Below are positions 44,643 to 53,291 of a DNA stretch of 64,000 nt, piece by piece. The notes under the pieces were generated by a model. The model did no database searches. It was not told where the DNA came from and saw only the letters and a program-made list of their open reading frames with translations. Numbering within the stretch: position 1 is the first letter of the stretch; every line of letters starts with the position of its first letter. This DNA comes from Syntrophorhabdaceae bacterium (GTDB lineage: Bacteria > Desulfobacterota > Syntrophorhabdia > Syntrophorhabdales > Syntrophorhabdaceae): assembly GCA_963665295.1 (NCBI GenBank), contig OY762209.1:1472001-1536000 (forward strand), given 5' to 3'. Position numbers and translations under genes: made by a program.

Positions 44643-46118
44643 ATGACCTTAAAACATAGAGCCATCCATGCGACGATCTGGAGCGTGATCGAACGGGTAG
44701 GGGCGGAAGCAGTCCGCCTGTCGGTAACCGTAATCCTCGCGAGGCTCCTCCTGCCTGAACAGTATGGGCTTGTCGCCATGTTGTTCGTGTTTCTGGCCCT
44801 CGTCAATGCGTTTATGGACAGCGGGCTCGGCTCGGCCCTCGTGCAGAAAGAGGGAGTGACATCAGCGGATTACTCCTCGGTCTTCTATTTCAATATGTCC
44901 GTGGGCCTGGCGGCATATATCCTGTTCTTTCTCCTGGCACCGCTCATCGCGGCCTTCTACAACGAGCCTAAACTCATCGATCTTACCCGGTTCATGAGCC
45001 TCAGCCTCATCGTGATCGCCGGGGGCATGGTCCAGGGGGTAATCCTGGAAAGGGAGATCAACTTCAAGGTGTTGACGAAGGTGTCTTTCCTTTCCCTGTC
45101 TGTTTCGGGAGTACTTGCGATCTACCTTGCAAGCAGGGGGGCGGGAGTCTGGAGCATCGCCATACAATCCGTGCTCTACTATTCGGTCCGGACGATGCTG
45201 CTGTGGCTCTATGTGGGCTGGCGTCCCGGCCGGGAGTTCAGTATGTCCGCCCTCAAGCCGCTCTACAGCTACGGTTATAAAATCCTCGGATACCGGATGA
45301 TCGAGAGCGCGTTTCAGAATGTGTACACCCTGCTCATCGGGAAATATTTCGGGGCGCGGGAACTCGGGTATTTTACCCAGGCGAGAAACATCCAGGAGTC
45401 AGTGACCACCAACCTGGTGAACATAGTCGAGCGGGTGACCTTTCCTGTCATGGCGAGGATACAGGATGATGACGCCCGTATGAAGTTCGCCTATAAAAGG
45501 GTGCTCCAGTTGCTCGCATTCCTTAACTTCCCCGTAATGTTAGGTATCATGGCCATCGCTCACCCCCTGGTCCGGGTCATGTTTGGAGACAAATGGCTCT
45601 CGTCGGTGCCCTATATCCAGCTTCTCTCGGCCGCCGGGGCCATCTATGCGATTCAGGCCATAAGCACTAACGTGCTGAAGGCGAAAGGCAGGTCGGACCT
45701 TGTCCTTAAGCTGGTGATCTTCAAGAAAGCCATTGCCTTGGGCATGATATTCGCAAGCTTTCCCTGGGGGGTGAAGGGGATATTGGCCGGCTTCGTGATT
45801 GCCTCCGGTTTGGGATTTCTCGTGGACGCCCATTGGTCGGGAGCGCTCATTGCATACCCGCTGAGAGAGCAGGTGCGCGACATACTGCCGCCTGCGGTGC
45901 TGTCTCTGGCAATGGCTTCGGCAACTTATCTCCTGGGCAGCGTCCTGGATGTATCCAGCATCCTCAAGCTCGTGATCCAGATCCCCTTTGCCGTGGGAAT
46001 CTATTTCCTGGGAGTGAAGATTTTTCGCCTCGAAGCCCTGTCGCTATTCTTCGAGGTGGTGAGAACCGGCGTATTCAAGAGGGAAGAGGGCAGCCATGTG
46101 TCCACGGAGCAGGGGTAG
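44643..46118 (+). CDS. Wzx flippase (WzxC/lipopolysaccharide biosynthesis protein family)
   Basis: ILARLLLPEQYGLVAM, GLGSALVQ, LGYFTQA; many TM segments. Confidence 0.92.
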   Translation: MTLKHRAIHATIWSVIERVGAEAVRLSVTVILARLLLPEQYGLVAMLFVFLALVNAFMDSGLGSALVQKEGVTSADYSSVFYFNMSVGLAAYILFFLLAPLIAAFYNEPKLIDLTRFMSLSLIVIAGGMVQGVILEREINFKVLTKVSFLSLSVSGVLAIYLASRGAGVWSIAIQSVLYYSVRTMLLWLYVGWRPGREFSMSALKPLYSYGYKILGYRMIESAFQNVYTLLIGKYFGARELGYFTQARNIQESVTTNLVNIVERVTFPVMARIQDDDARMKFAYKRVLQLLAFLNFPVMLGIMAIAHPLVRVMFGDKWLSSVPYIQLLSAAGAIYAIQAISTNVLKAKGRSDLVLKLVIFKKAIALGMIFASFPWGVKGILAGFVIASGLGFLVDAHWSGALIAYPLREQVRDILPPAVLSLAMASATYLLGSVLDVSSILKLVIQIPFAVGIYFLGVKIFRLEALSLFFEVVRTGVFKREEGSHVSTEQG

Positions 46119-46184
46119 AGCCTCCGTGGAAACCGTAATCGGAAGGATGGCCTTGTCCGGAGACAGATTGGGGGGCAAAGGGTT

Positions 46185-47519
46185 ATGACCGGGGTGGGGC
46201 AGGGATTGAAACAGACGCTCGCAGGCCTCTTCCTGAGGCTCTCGGAAACGGGGAGAGCGCCGTTTATCGTTTCCGTTATCATCCTGGGATATGGTCTCCT
46301 TTCCTGCGTAGTCCTGGGAGACACGATCCGTTTCTGGGATGAGCAAAACTATCTGCAAATCGCGGAATCCCTTGCGAGGCGTTACAGCTTTTCCGCATTC
46401 GACAACGGGCCCACCGCTTTTCGCCCCATAGGATACCCGCTCCTGCTCGCCTGCTGCCTCAAACTCGGCGGGTCGGTGGCGGCCCTCAGGTTTTTGAACT
46501 ACATTGCCCTGGCGGCATGCGCATACATTCTTTATTTCCTCATCCTGAAGAGGACAAAGGGCCGCTACGGCGCCACGATCGCCCCCTTCCTGATCCTTTG
46601 CTACCCGGTCCTGCTCTATACGGCGGGCACGTTATATCCGCAGACCATCGCCTCCGCCATATTTCTGTTTCTTATCTTCCGCCTTACCGATTCCAAACAG
46701 ACCCTGTCGTTCCTGAATGGCGCCCTCACGGGCTTCCTTGTGCTGGTGGTGCCTTCCTTCCTCAGTTTCGTGCCGGTCCTCGGGGCGCTTCCCCTGGTTT
46801 TCACGACCCGTTTTTCGTTCAGGAAGGCCGCAATCTTTTTCGTCGGCGCGGCGCTTATCATCGGGAGTTGGGCGGTAAGAAACTATGTGGTTTTCGACCG
46901 GTTCATTCTCCTTTCGACGAACATGGGTGTCAACCTCTTGCTGGGAAACTCGGGAAACGCTTCACCCAATCGCTCCGTGCTGGTGGACATAACCCCGCAC
47001 GTGAGAGAGGTCGAGAGACTCCGGCTGGACGAAGTGGAGGCGGACCGCTATTATCGGTCCAGGGCCCTGGAATGGATGCGCGCAAACCCGGCGAAGGCTT
47101 TGACCCTCTATTTCGCCAAGGTGCTCAATTATTTCAATTTCTACAACGAACTCGCCACCGAAAACGAACGGGCCATCTGGAAGAACGTGATTATGTTCGT
47201 TACCTATTATCCCCTTCTCCTGTTGATGGTTATCCGCATGTTTCTCCGGCGCCGGGTTCCCGTAAGCAGGATAGAGGTTGTTTTCGTGGCCCTTTACATC
47301 TATAGTGCATTTCTCGCCGCCGTTTTCTTTCCGAGGATCAGGTTCCGCCTTCCCTTCGATTTTCTGGTGATCGGCGTTGCGTCGGCCTTTCTCAATGATT
47401 TTCTGAAAGCGCGCATGCTATCGGGGGATAGCCGGCCCCCCTGTTGCGGTCAAGGGATTAAGGATAGTACGGACCTTGAGGTGGAAGAAGGTCGGAAAGG
47501 GACCCGCGCCACGCCATGA
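46185..47519 (+). CDS. GT-C fold (ArnT/PMT-like) lipid-sugar-dependent glycosyltransferase
   Basis: First-loop WDEQNY..IAESL, AFRPIGYP, WAVRNY, RFRLP; multi-TM. Confidence 0.75.
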   Translation: MTGVGQGLKQTLAGLFLRLSETGRAPFIVSVIILGYGLLSCVVLGDTIRFWDEQNYLQIAESLARRYSFSAFDNGPTAFRPIGYPLLLACCLKLGGSVAALRFLNYIALAACAYILYFLILKRTKGRYGATIAPFLILCYPVLLYTAGTLYPQTIASAIFLFLIFRLTDSKQTLSFLNGALTGFLVLVVPSFLSFVPVLGALPLVFTTRFSFRKAAIFFVGAALIIGSWAVRNYVVFDRFILLSTNMGVNLLLGNSGNASPNRSVLVDITPHVREVERLRLDEVEADRYYRSRALEWMRANPAKALTLYFAKVLNYFNFYNELATENERAIWKNVIMFVTYYPLLLLMVIRMFLRRRVPVSRIEVVFVALYIYSAFLAAVFFPRIRFRLPFDFLVIGVASAFLNDFLKARMLSGDSRPPCCGQGIKDSTDLEVEEGRKGTRATP

Positions 47520-47580
47520 AGAAGGATTTCTCGCGCTTTGCAGGCGATAGTTCGATTACCGGAAAGGAAGGAGTGTAAAA

Positions 47581-48540
47581 ATGGTTTCCCACAATCCAAA
47601 GTCGTTCCCTGCCGTGGACTCCCAGTCCCGACCCATCGTATGCCCTCTTTGTCACGATGACATGATCCGGGAATCCGGGGCGTACAGGTGTGAAGGGTGC
47701 GGGAGGATGTATCCTGAAAGCAGATTCGGTTTCTACGGCTTTCCCGCCGAAGTGAATGACCTTGCCAAGGGTCAGGACCCCGAGTATGTGGAAAGCCAGA
47801 AAGGCCATTCAGCGAGGGTGTACCGCGAGTTTATCCGACCGATTATCCGGCGGGAAAGGACGGAAACTTTTCTGGATGTCGGCTGCGGGCTGGGAGTTCA
47901 GGTAAATCTGGCCGCCGAGGACGGGCACGACGCATACGGGACGGATTTGCCGAACATGGAGCCTTACTGGCATGGAAACGGCAACGACCCTTCCCATTTC
48001 TTCAGCGGTTCGGCGACCAACCTGCCCTTTCGCTCGAACCACTTCGATTTTGTAATCTCCACCGGTGTGGTGGAGCACATAGGGACCACAGAGGATACGG
48101 CGTCCCTCATTTCCACCTACAAGGAAGCCAGACGGAAATATGCGGAGGAAATAATAAGGGTAACGAAGCCGGGCGGGAGAATACTCATTTCCTGTCCGAA
48201 CAAATCATTTCCCATAGATGTTCAGCACGGACCTGCGTGCGGGAAATACCTGAAAGATCTGAGACTCTTCATATTTGACAGGACCAAGATGAATATCCAC
48301 AAAACCTGGGGAAGATATCACCTGCTCTCCTATTCGGAAATGGAGGATCTCTTTTGCCGCCGGGGCAAGGCGAGCAGTCTTGAAGTCCTTCCGCTTACGG
48401 GCTTTTTCGGATTCAAGAAGTTCCAGTCGGGATTCCTGAGGCCTGTTGACAAACTGGTGAGGTTCTACGTCGATAACCTGCCTGCCGTAATCCGGGGCTC
48501 TTGTCTCAACCCGTACACCCTGGTGCTTATAAGAAAATAA
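47581..48540 (+). CDS. Class I SAM-dependent methyltransferase with N-terminal Zn-ribbon-like motif
   Basis: CPLC...CEGC, LDVGCGLG, GVVEHI, RVTKPGG. Confidence 0.88.
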   Translation: MVSHNPKSFPAVDSQSRPIVCPLCHDDMIRESGAYRCEGCGRMYPESRFGFYGFPAEVNDLAKGQDPEYVESQKGHSARVYREFIRPIIRRERTETFLDVGCGLGVQVNLAAEDGHDAYGTDLPNMEPYWHGNGNDPSHFFSGSATNLPFRSNHFDFVISTGVVEHIGTTEDTASLISTYKEARRKYAEEIIRVTKPGGRILISCPNKSFPIDVQHGPACGKYLKDLRLFIFDRTKMNIHKTWGRYHLLSYSEMEDLFCRRGKASSLEVLPLTGFFGFKKFQSGFLRPVDKLVRFYVDNLPAVIRGSCLNPYTLVLIRK

Positions 48541-48601
48541 ACCTCTGTAGCCGCTTCGCGGGCTTCCTCACGTTCTTTAAGGACGAAGGCGGGATGCTCC
48601 A

Positions 48602-50263
48602 ATGTCCCGGTATGCCAAGGCCCTGATGATGAAGACGATGAAAAACTGCGGTCCTTCACAACACGACGTCGCCGGCAGGCTGAGTTACCATTATATGCTG
48701 CTCCTCGGGCTCACGATCTGCGCGGGAGCAGCGTGGTGGCTCTATTTCAGGTTATACACGGATATCATGCTGGAAGACGCGCTGATTACCTACAGGTATG
48801 CCTCCAATATTGCCATGGGCAAAGGGTTCGTGTATAACCAGGGGGAAAGGGTACTGGGCAGCACAACACCCCTCTTGACGCTCCTCCTTGCCCTTTTGGG
48901 GAAGGTGTTCGGTGTCGTCAACATACCGACCATATCTTTCATATTGCTATCGTCGCTGGGAATCCTGACCGGCCCCCTCAATTACCTGATTCTCCGGCAA
49001 CTCGATGTCTCCCGGTTCACTGCCATTGTGGGCGTCATACTGTTTTACGGCAACCGCGACATCATGATCACCGCCGTGGGTGGAATGGAAACACCTCTGG
49101 TCCTCTTTCTTATGGCCTTGAGTTACTATTTCCTCATGGGCAGGCGCTATACCCCCGGCCTTGTGGCCTGCGCCGCGCTGATCCTCACCCGTATCGACGG
49201 AGTTATCTGGGCTGCACTGGTTTTTGCGGTAATGTGCCTTCGGGAGAAGAGAGTGATGATAAAACCCGTCATCCTACCGGCAATTATACTGGCCCCTTGG
49301 TTTATCTTCTCCTGGGCCTATTTCGGCGCCCTTCTGCCGAACACCATCGAAGCGAAGCGGGTCATAGGGAATACGGTAGGAGGGATCTTCTCATACCACA
49401 CGGCATGCGCTTTCGGAGAGTGGTACGGTTGGACCCTGTTGCTCTATTTCGGTAAGAAGCTGGTCCTGTGCACCATTCTGCCCATTGCCGCGGGGTGCCG
49501 GCGGCTTGTGTCCGGCTGGAGAGCGCTCCCCTTCGGACTCATCCCGGTACTCTTTCCCCTTGCGTACGGGGCCTTCCTTTACCTGGGCAAGGCACCCTAT
49601 TTCCCGTGGTACCTGCTGCCCGCCATATGGTGCAGCCTTCTTCTGATCTCCATGGGCTTCGAGGAAATCATCCGCTTTTGCGTGAAAGTGTTCCCCCGCC
49701 CCTATTCGGCCCCTTTATTCAGGGGGGTCCTCCTTGCCTTTGTCGTCTTCGTCCTGTTCTTTGTGCACAACAAGGGCATCCTCGACCATTCCTACAAATA
49801 TCAGAGCAACGAGTACAGCACCCGGAAGACCATAGGCCTGTGGCTTCGCGATAACACGCCCCCCGGGAGCGCCGTTGCCATGGAGGCCATAGGCTACCAG
49901 GGGTATTACAGCAACAGGAGGATCGTGGACTTCGCCGGGCTGGTAAGCCCCCGTGTCGTGGATATCCGCAAAAGGAGCCGGTCGAACGCGGAAGCTTTCT
50001 ACGGGATACTTCGCACCCTCGAACCCGATTACCTCGTGCTCAGGTCTTTCGAGGTCGACCGGAACATGCACTTTCACGGAGGACCCCTGTTTGAAAACAG
50101 GGAACAACGCGCCTTCTTTATGGACCATTACGGTGAGATCAAAAGGTTTATCGCTCCTTACCCCGAAGTGTGGGGGGAATATGCCGGTCTCGTAATCTAC
50201 AAGAAGAAGACGGGCTCCCGCCCGGAGGCGTCCGGGTCTGTTGAGGGCCGGACAGGGCGATGA
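48602..50263 (+). CDS. GT-C fold membrane glycosyltransferase, arabinofuranosyltransferase-like
   Basis: EDALITYRYASNIAMGKGFVYNQGERVLGSTTPL, GMETPL, TRIDG, LPNTIEAK, IVDFAGLV. Confidence 0.75.
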   Translation: MSRYAKALMMKTMKNCGPSQHDVAGRLSYHYMLLLGLTICAGAAWWLYFRLYTDIMLEDALITYRYASNIAMGKGFVYNQGERVLGSTTPLLTLLLALLGKVFGVVNIPTISFILLSSLGILTGPLNYLILRQLDVSRFTAIVGVILFYGNRDIMITAVGGMETPLVLFLMALSYYFLMGRRYTPGLVACAALILTRIDGVIWAALVFAVMCLREKRVMIKPVILPAIILAPWFIFSWAYFGALLPNTIEAKRVIGNTVGGIFSYHTACAFGEWYGWTLLLYFGKKLVLCTILPIAAGCRRLVSGWRALPFGLIPVLFPLAYGAFLYLGKAPYFPWYLLPAIWCSLLLISMGFEEIIRFCVKVFPRPYSAPLFRGVLLAFVVFVLFFVHNKGILDHSYKYQSNEYSTRKTIGLWLRDNTPPGSAVAMEAIGYQGYYSNRRIVDFAGLVSPRVVDIRKRSRSNAEAFYGILRTLEPDYLVLRSFEVDRNMHFHGGPLFENREQRAFFMDHYGEIKRFIAPYPEVWGEYAGLVIYKKKTGSRPEASGSVEGRTGR

Positions 50264-50808
50264 GACCGGCGGCGACGGACATACCCTTGTGCGTGGACCT
50301 CGACGGCACCCTTGTCCGGACCGATATGCTGCGGGAAACGATGTGGTCCATGGTCAATGGCAACCCGCTCCTGGCCTTCGTCGCACCCTTCTGGTTGTTG
50401 GGCGGCAGGGCATGTCTGAAGCAGCAGGTAGCGCGCAGGGCAAAGGTCGATATGACGCGCATCCCTTTCCACGAGGATCTGTTGGCATATCTGCGGGACC
50501 AGCGCAACCGGGGGCGAAGGCTGGTGCTTGCCACCGCGTCGGACTCCCTGGTGGCGGCGCGGATAGCCGAACATACGGGGTTCTTCTCGGACGTCCTTTC
50601 CAGCGACGGCAGTGTGAACCTTAAAGGGAAGGAGAAGCTCCAGGTCCTCCTCGAAAAGTACGGGGACCGCAAGTTCGATTACGCGGGCAATTCACAGGCC
50701 GACATCCCCCTGTGGCAGCACTGCAACCGGGCCATCCTGGTGAATGTGAGCGACCGGCTTCTGGAGACGGTCCGCGCCATGGCAGTGATCGACAGGGTAT
50801 TCAAATGA
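50260..50808 (+). CDS. HAD-like phosphatase (putative polyprenyl-phosphoribose-5-phosphate phosphatase)
   Basis: PLCVDLDGTL, LVLATAS, NLKG, FDYAGNS..D. Confidence 0.85.
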   Translation: MRPAATDIPLCVDLDGTLVRTDMLRETMWSMVNGNPLLAFVAPFWLLGGRACLKQQVARRAKVDMTRIPFHEDLLAYLRDQRNRGRRLVLATASDSLVAARIAEHTGFFSDVLSSDGSVNLKGKEKLQVLLEKYGDRKFDYAGNSQADIPLWQHCNRAILVNVSDRLLETVRAMAVIDRVFK

Positions 50809-50852
50809 AGGGAAGTATCATATAATATAGTGGCTTTTCTCGGCCGGGAGGT

Positions 50853-51950
50853 ATGGCAGTGGCAAAATCTATTGTGTCGGTGATAAAAACGCGTCCCCAG
50901 AGCGTGCTTGAGGACATAGAAGGCCTCATGATCAGGGGGGGCGTGAAGGATGCATTGCAGAAGGACAGGGTAACCATCCTGAAGGACAACATTTCATGGC
51001 ATTTCCCTTACCTGAGCGCGAACACCACCCCCTGGCAACTCGAGGGCGCGATCAAAACCCTTGAGAAATGCGGCTTCGGGAAGATTACGACGGTCCACAA
51101 CAATACGGTGGTTACCGACCCGTTCAGAGGTGGAAACCTGAACAGGCTCACTCCCCTGTATAAGAAGTACGGCATAGAGGAAAGGTATAATTTCAAACCT
51201 GAAGATACGGACTGGATCGTGTACCGGCCCAAGGCGAAGATGCGGGTCCTCGACAAGATATATCCGGAAGGCATCAGGATACCGGAATATTTTGTGGGAA
51301 AGAATATCATCCACCTTCCCACGGTAAAGACCCACATCTATACCACCACCACGGGGGCGATGAAGAATGCTTTCGGCGGACTGTTGAATACGAAGAGGCA
51401 TTATACCCACAGTTGGATTCACGAGACCCTCGTGGACCTGCTGGCCATTCAAAAAGAGGTGCACTCCGGCATATTCGCCCTTATGGACGGGACGATATGC
51501 GGGAACGGCCCCGGTCCGAGGACGATGATCCCGGTAGTGAAGAATTACATGCTCGCCGGTTCGGACTGCGTTGCCATCGATGCGGTGGCGGCGAAAATGA
51601 TGGGTTTCGACCCCATGGAAATCCCCTATATCAGGATGGCCCACGAAGCGGGCCTCGGCACAGGGAAGGTCGAGGAGATCGACGTGGTGGGTGAACCGAT
51701 CGAGCACATAAATTTCAGGTTCACCGTGGGAGACAACATGGCGAGCAAGGTGGGGGACCTTATCTGGTTCAGCCCTTTCAAATCGCTTCAGAAGCTCTTT
51801 GTACGCACCCCCCTCGTCTACTTTTTCGTTTTCGGCTCATTCTTCTACCATGATTACCTGTGGTGGCCCCTTAAAGGCAAGGGCCTCCAGAAAACGGTGC
51901 GCCGGTCGGAATGGGGAAAGCTGTTCGAAAGTTATCCTGAAGGAAAGTGA
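50853..51950 (+). CDS. DUF362 domain protein
   Basis: LKDNISWH, LPTVKTH...TGAMKNAFG, DGTICGNGPGP, VAIDAVAAKMMGFDP..IPYI..A...GLG. Confidence 0.85.
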   Translation: MAVAKSIVSVIKTRPQSVLEDIEGLMIRGGVKDALQKDRVTILKDNISWHFPYLSANTTPWQLEGAIKTLEKCGFGKITTVHNNTVVTDPFRGGNLNRLTPLYKKYGIEERYNFKPEDTDWIVYRPKAKMRVLDKIYPEGIRIPEYFVGKNIIHLPTVKTHIYTTTTGAMKNAFGGLLNTKRHYTHSWIHETLVDLLAIQKEVHSGIFALMDGTICGNGPGPRTMIPVVKNYMLAGSDCVAIDAVAAKMMGFDPMEIPYIRMAHEAGLGTGKVEEIDVVGEPIEHINFRFTVGDNMASKVGDLIWFSPFKSLQKLFVRTPLVYFFVFGSFFYHDYLWWPLKGKGLQKTVRRSEWGKLFESYPEGK

Positions 51951-51997
51951 CAATTGAAGATGAATCCGGCTGAACGGTTATCCGGCAAAGGGGGCTG

Positions 51998-52864
51998 ATG
52001 TACGATACCATCCGATTGCTGAGGGTGCCCCATTATGTGAAGAACCTGTTTATCTTCATGCCCCTGTTCTTCGCGGCAAGGATCACCGAAGTCCCCACCC
52101 TGTTCAGGGCATTTCTTGCCTTCATTGCCTTCTCGGCCGTGGCGAGCGCGGTCTATATCTTTAACGATTTAAGGGATATCGCCGAAGACCGCCTGCACCC
52201 CACGAAGAAAGACCGGCCCCTCGCGTCGGGTGCCGTGGCAACCCACTTCGCCCTGGCTGTGATGGCGGCGCTGATCCTTATCGGATTGACCGCCTCATGG
52301 TTCATCCATCCGGGACTCTTTCAGATCGTTCTCTTCTATGCGGCGCTGAACGGTTTTTATGCCATCAAACTGAAACATGTGCCCATTATAGACATCTTCA
52401 TCGTGGCCCTGGGCTTCGTGATACGGGTTTTTGTGGGCGGCGTGGTTACCGATACAAGAGTATCCATGTGGATAGTCGTGATGACCTTCCTGTTGGCCCT
52501 GTTTATCGCCTTGGGCAAACGGCGGGACGACATCCTGATTCTCCTGAGAGAGGATAAGCGGACAAGAAAGGCCCTCGACGGCTACAACCTTCAATTTATC
52601 GATTCGGCCATGATAATAATGGCAGCGGTAACGATAGTGGCCTATATCATGTTTACCACGTCGACGGATGTGCTCATGAAATTCCATTCCGACAAGCTTT
52701 ATGTGACCACCCTCTTTGTGGTGCTGGGAATCATGCGCTACATGCAGATCATCTTCGTCGAAGAAAACGCCTCGTCGCCCACGACCATCCTCATCAGAGA
52801 CCGGTTCATCCAACTATCCATAGTCGGGTGGCTTTGCCTCTTCGGATTCATAATCTACCGATGA
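51998..52864 (+). CDS. UbiA-family polyprenyl-phosphate phosphoribosyltransferase (DPPR synthase-like)
   Basis: LLRVPHYVKNLFIF, YIFNDLRDIAEDRLHPTKKDRPLASG, ALGKRR. Confidence 0.9.
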   Translation: MYDTIRLLRVPHYVKNLFIFMPLFFAARITEVPTLFRAFLAFIAFSAVASAVYIFNDLRDIAEDRLHPTKKDRPLASGAVATHFALAVMAALILIGLTASWFIHPGLFQIVLFYAALNGFYAIKLKHVPIIDIFIVALGFVIRVFVGGVVTDTRVSMWIVVMTFLLALFIALGKRRDDILILLREDKRTRKALDGYNLQFIDSAMIIMAAVTIVAYIMFTTSTDVLMKFHSDKLYVTTLFVVLGIMRYMQIIFVEENASSPTTILIRDRFIQLSIVGWLCLFGFIIYR

Positions 52865-53262
52865 ACCTGGCCCTCAAGTATACCCTTTTTGCTGCCTTAT
52901 CCACTGTCGCCAATATTGGAGCCCAGTATTTCTGTCTCTATTTGTACCGCAGGAAGTTCTCCCTCTACATCGCCATGTTCGCGGGCACGGCGATAGGGCT
53001 GGTATTGAAGTACCTTCTTGACAAGAAATATATCTTTTACTATGAAGTGGTGAACAAACGCGAGGACCTGGGGAAATTTGTCCTTTATTCCATGATGGGC
53101 GTGTTGACCACCTTTATCTTCTGGTGTTTCGAGATCACCTTCCATGCTCTGTTCAACTTCCCGTCAGCGAAATTCATCGGGGCTGTCGTGGGTCTCTCCA
53201 TCGGATATATTTCCAAATACAACCTCGATAAGCGGTTCGTTTTCGTCAAAACGAGACAGTGA
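52861..53262 (+). CDS. GtrA family small membrane protein (lipid-sugar flippase-like)
   Basis: Four TM segments, KYLLDKKYIF, KYNLDKRFVF; ATGA overlap. Confidence 0.85.
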   Translation: MNLALKYTLFAALSTVANIGAQYFCLYLYRRKFSLYIAMFAGTAIGLVLKYLLDKKYIFYYEVVNKREDLGKFVLYSMMGVLTTFIFWCFEITFHALFNFPSAKFIGAVVGLSIGYISKYNLDKRFVFVKTRQ

Positions 53263-53291
53263 AATGGGCGGCTCTGAGAAAGGAGATTAGT

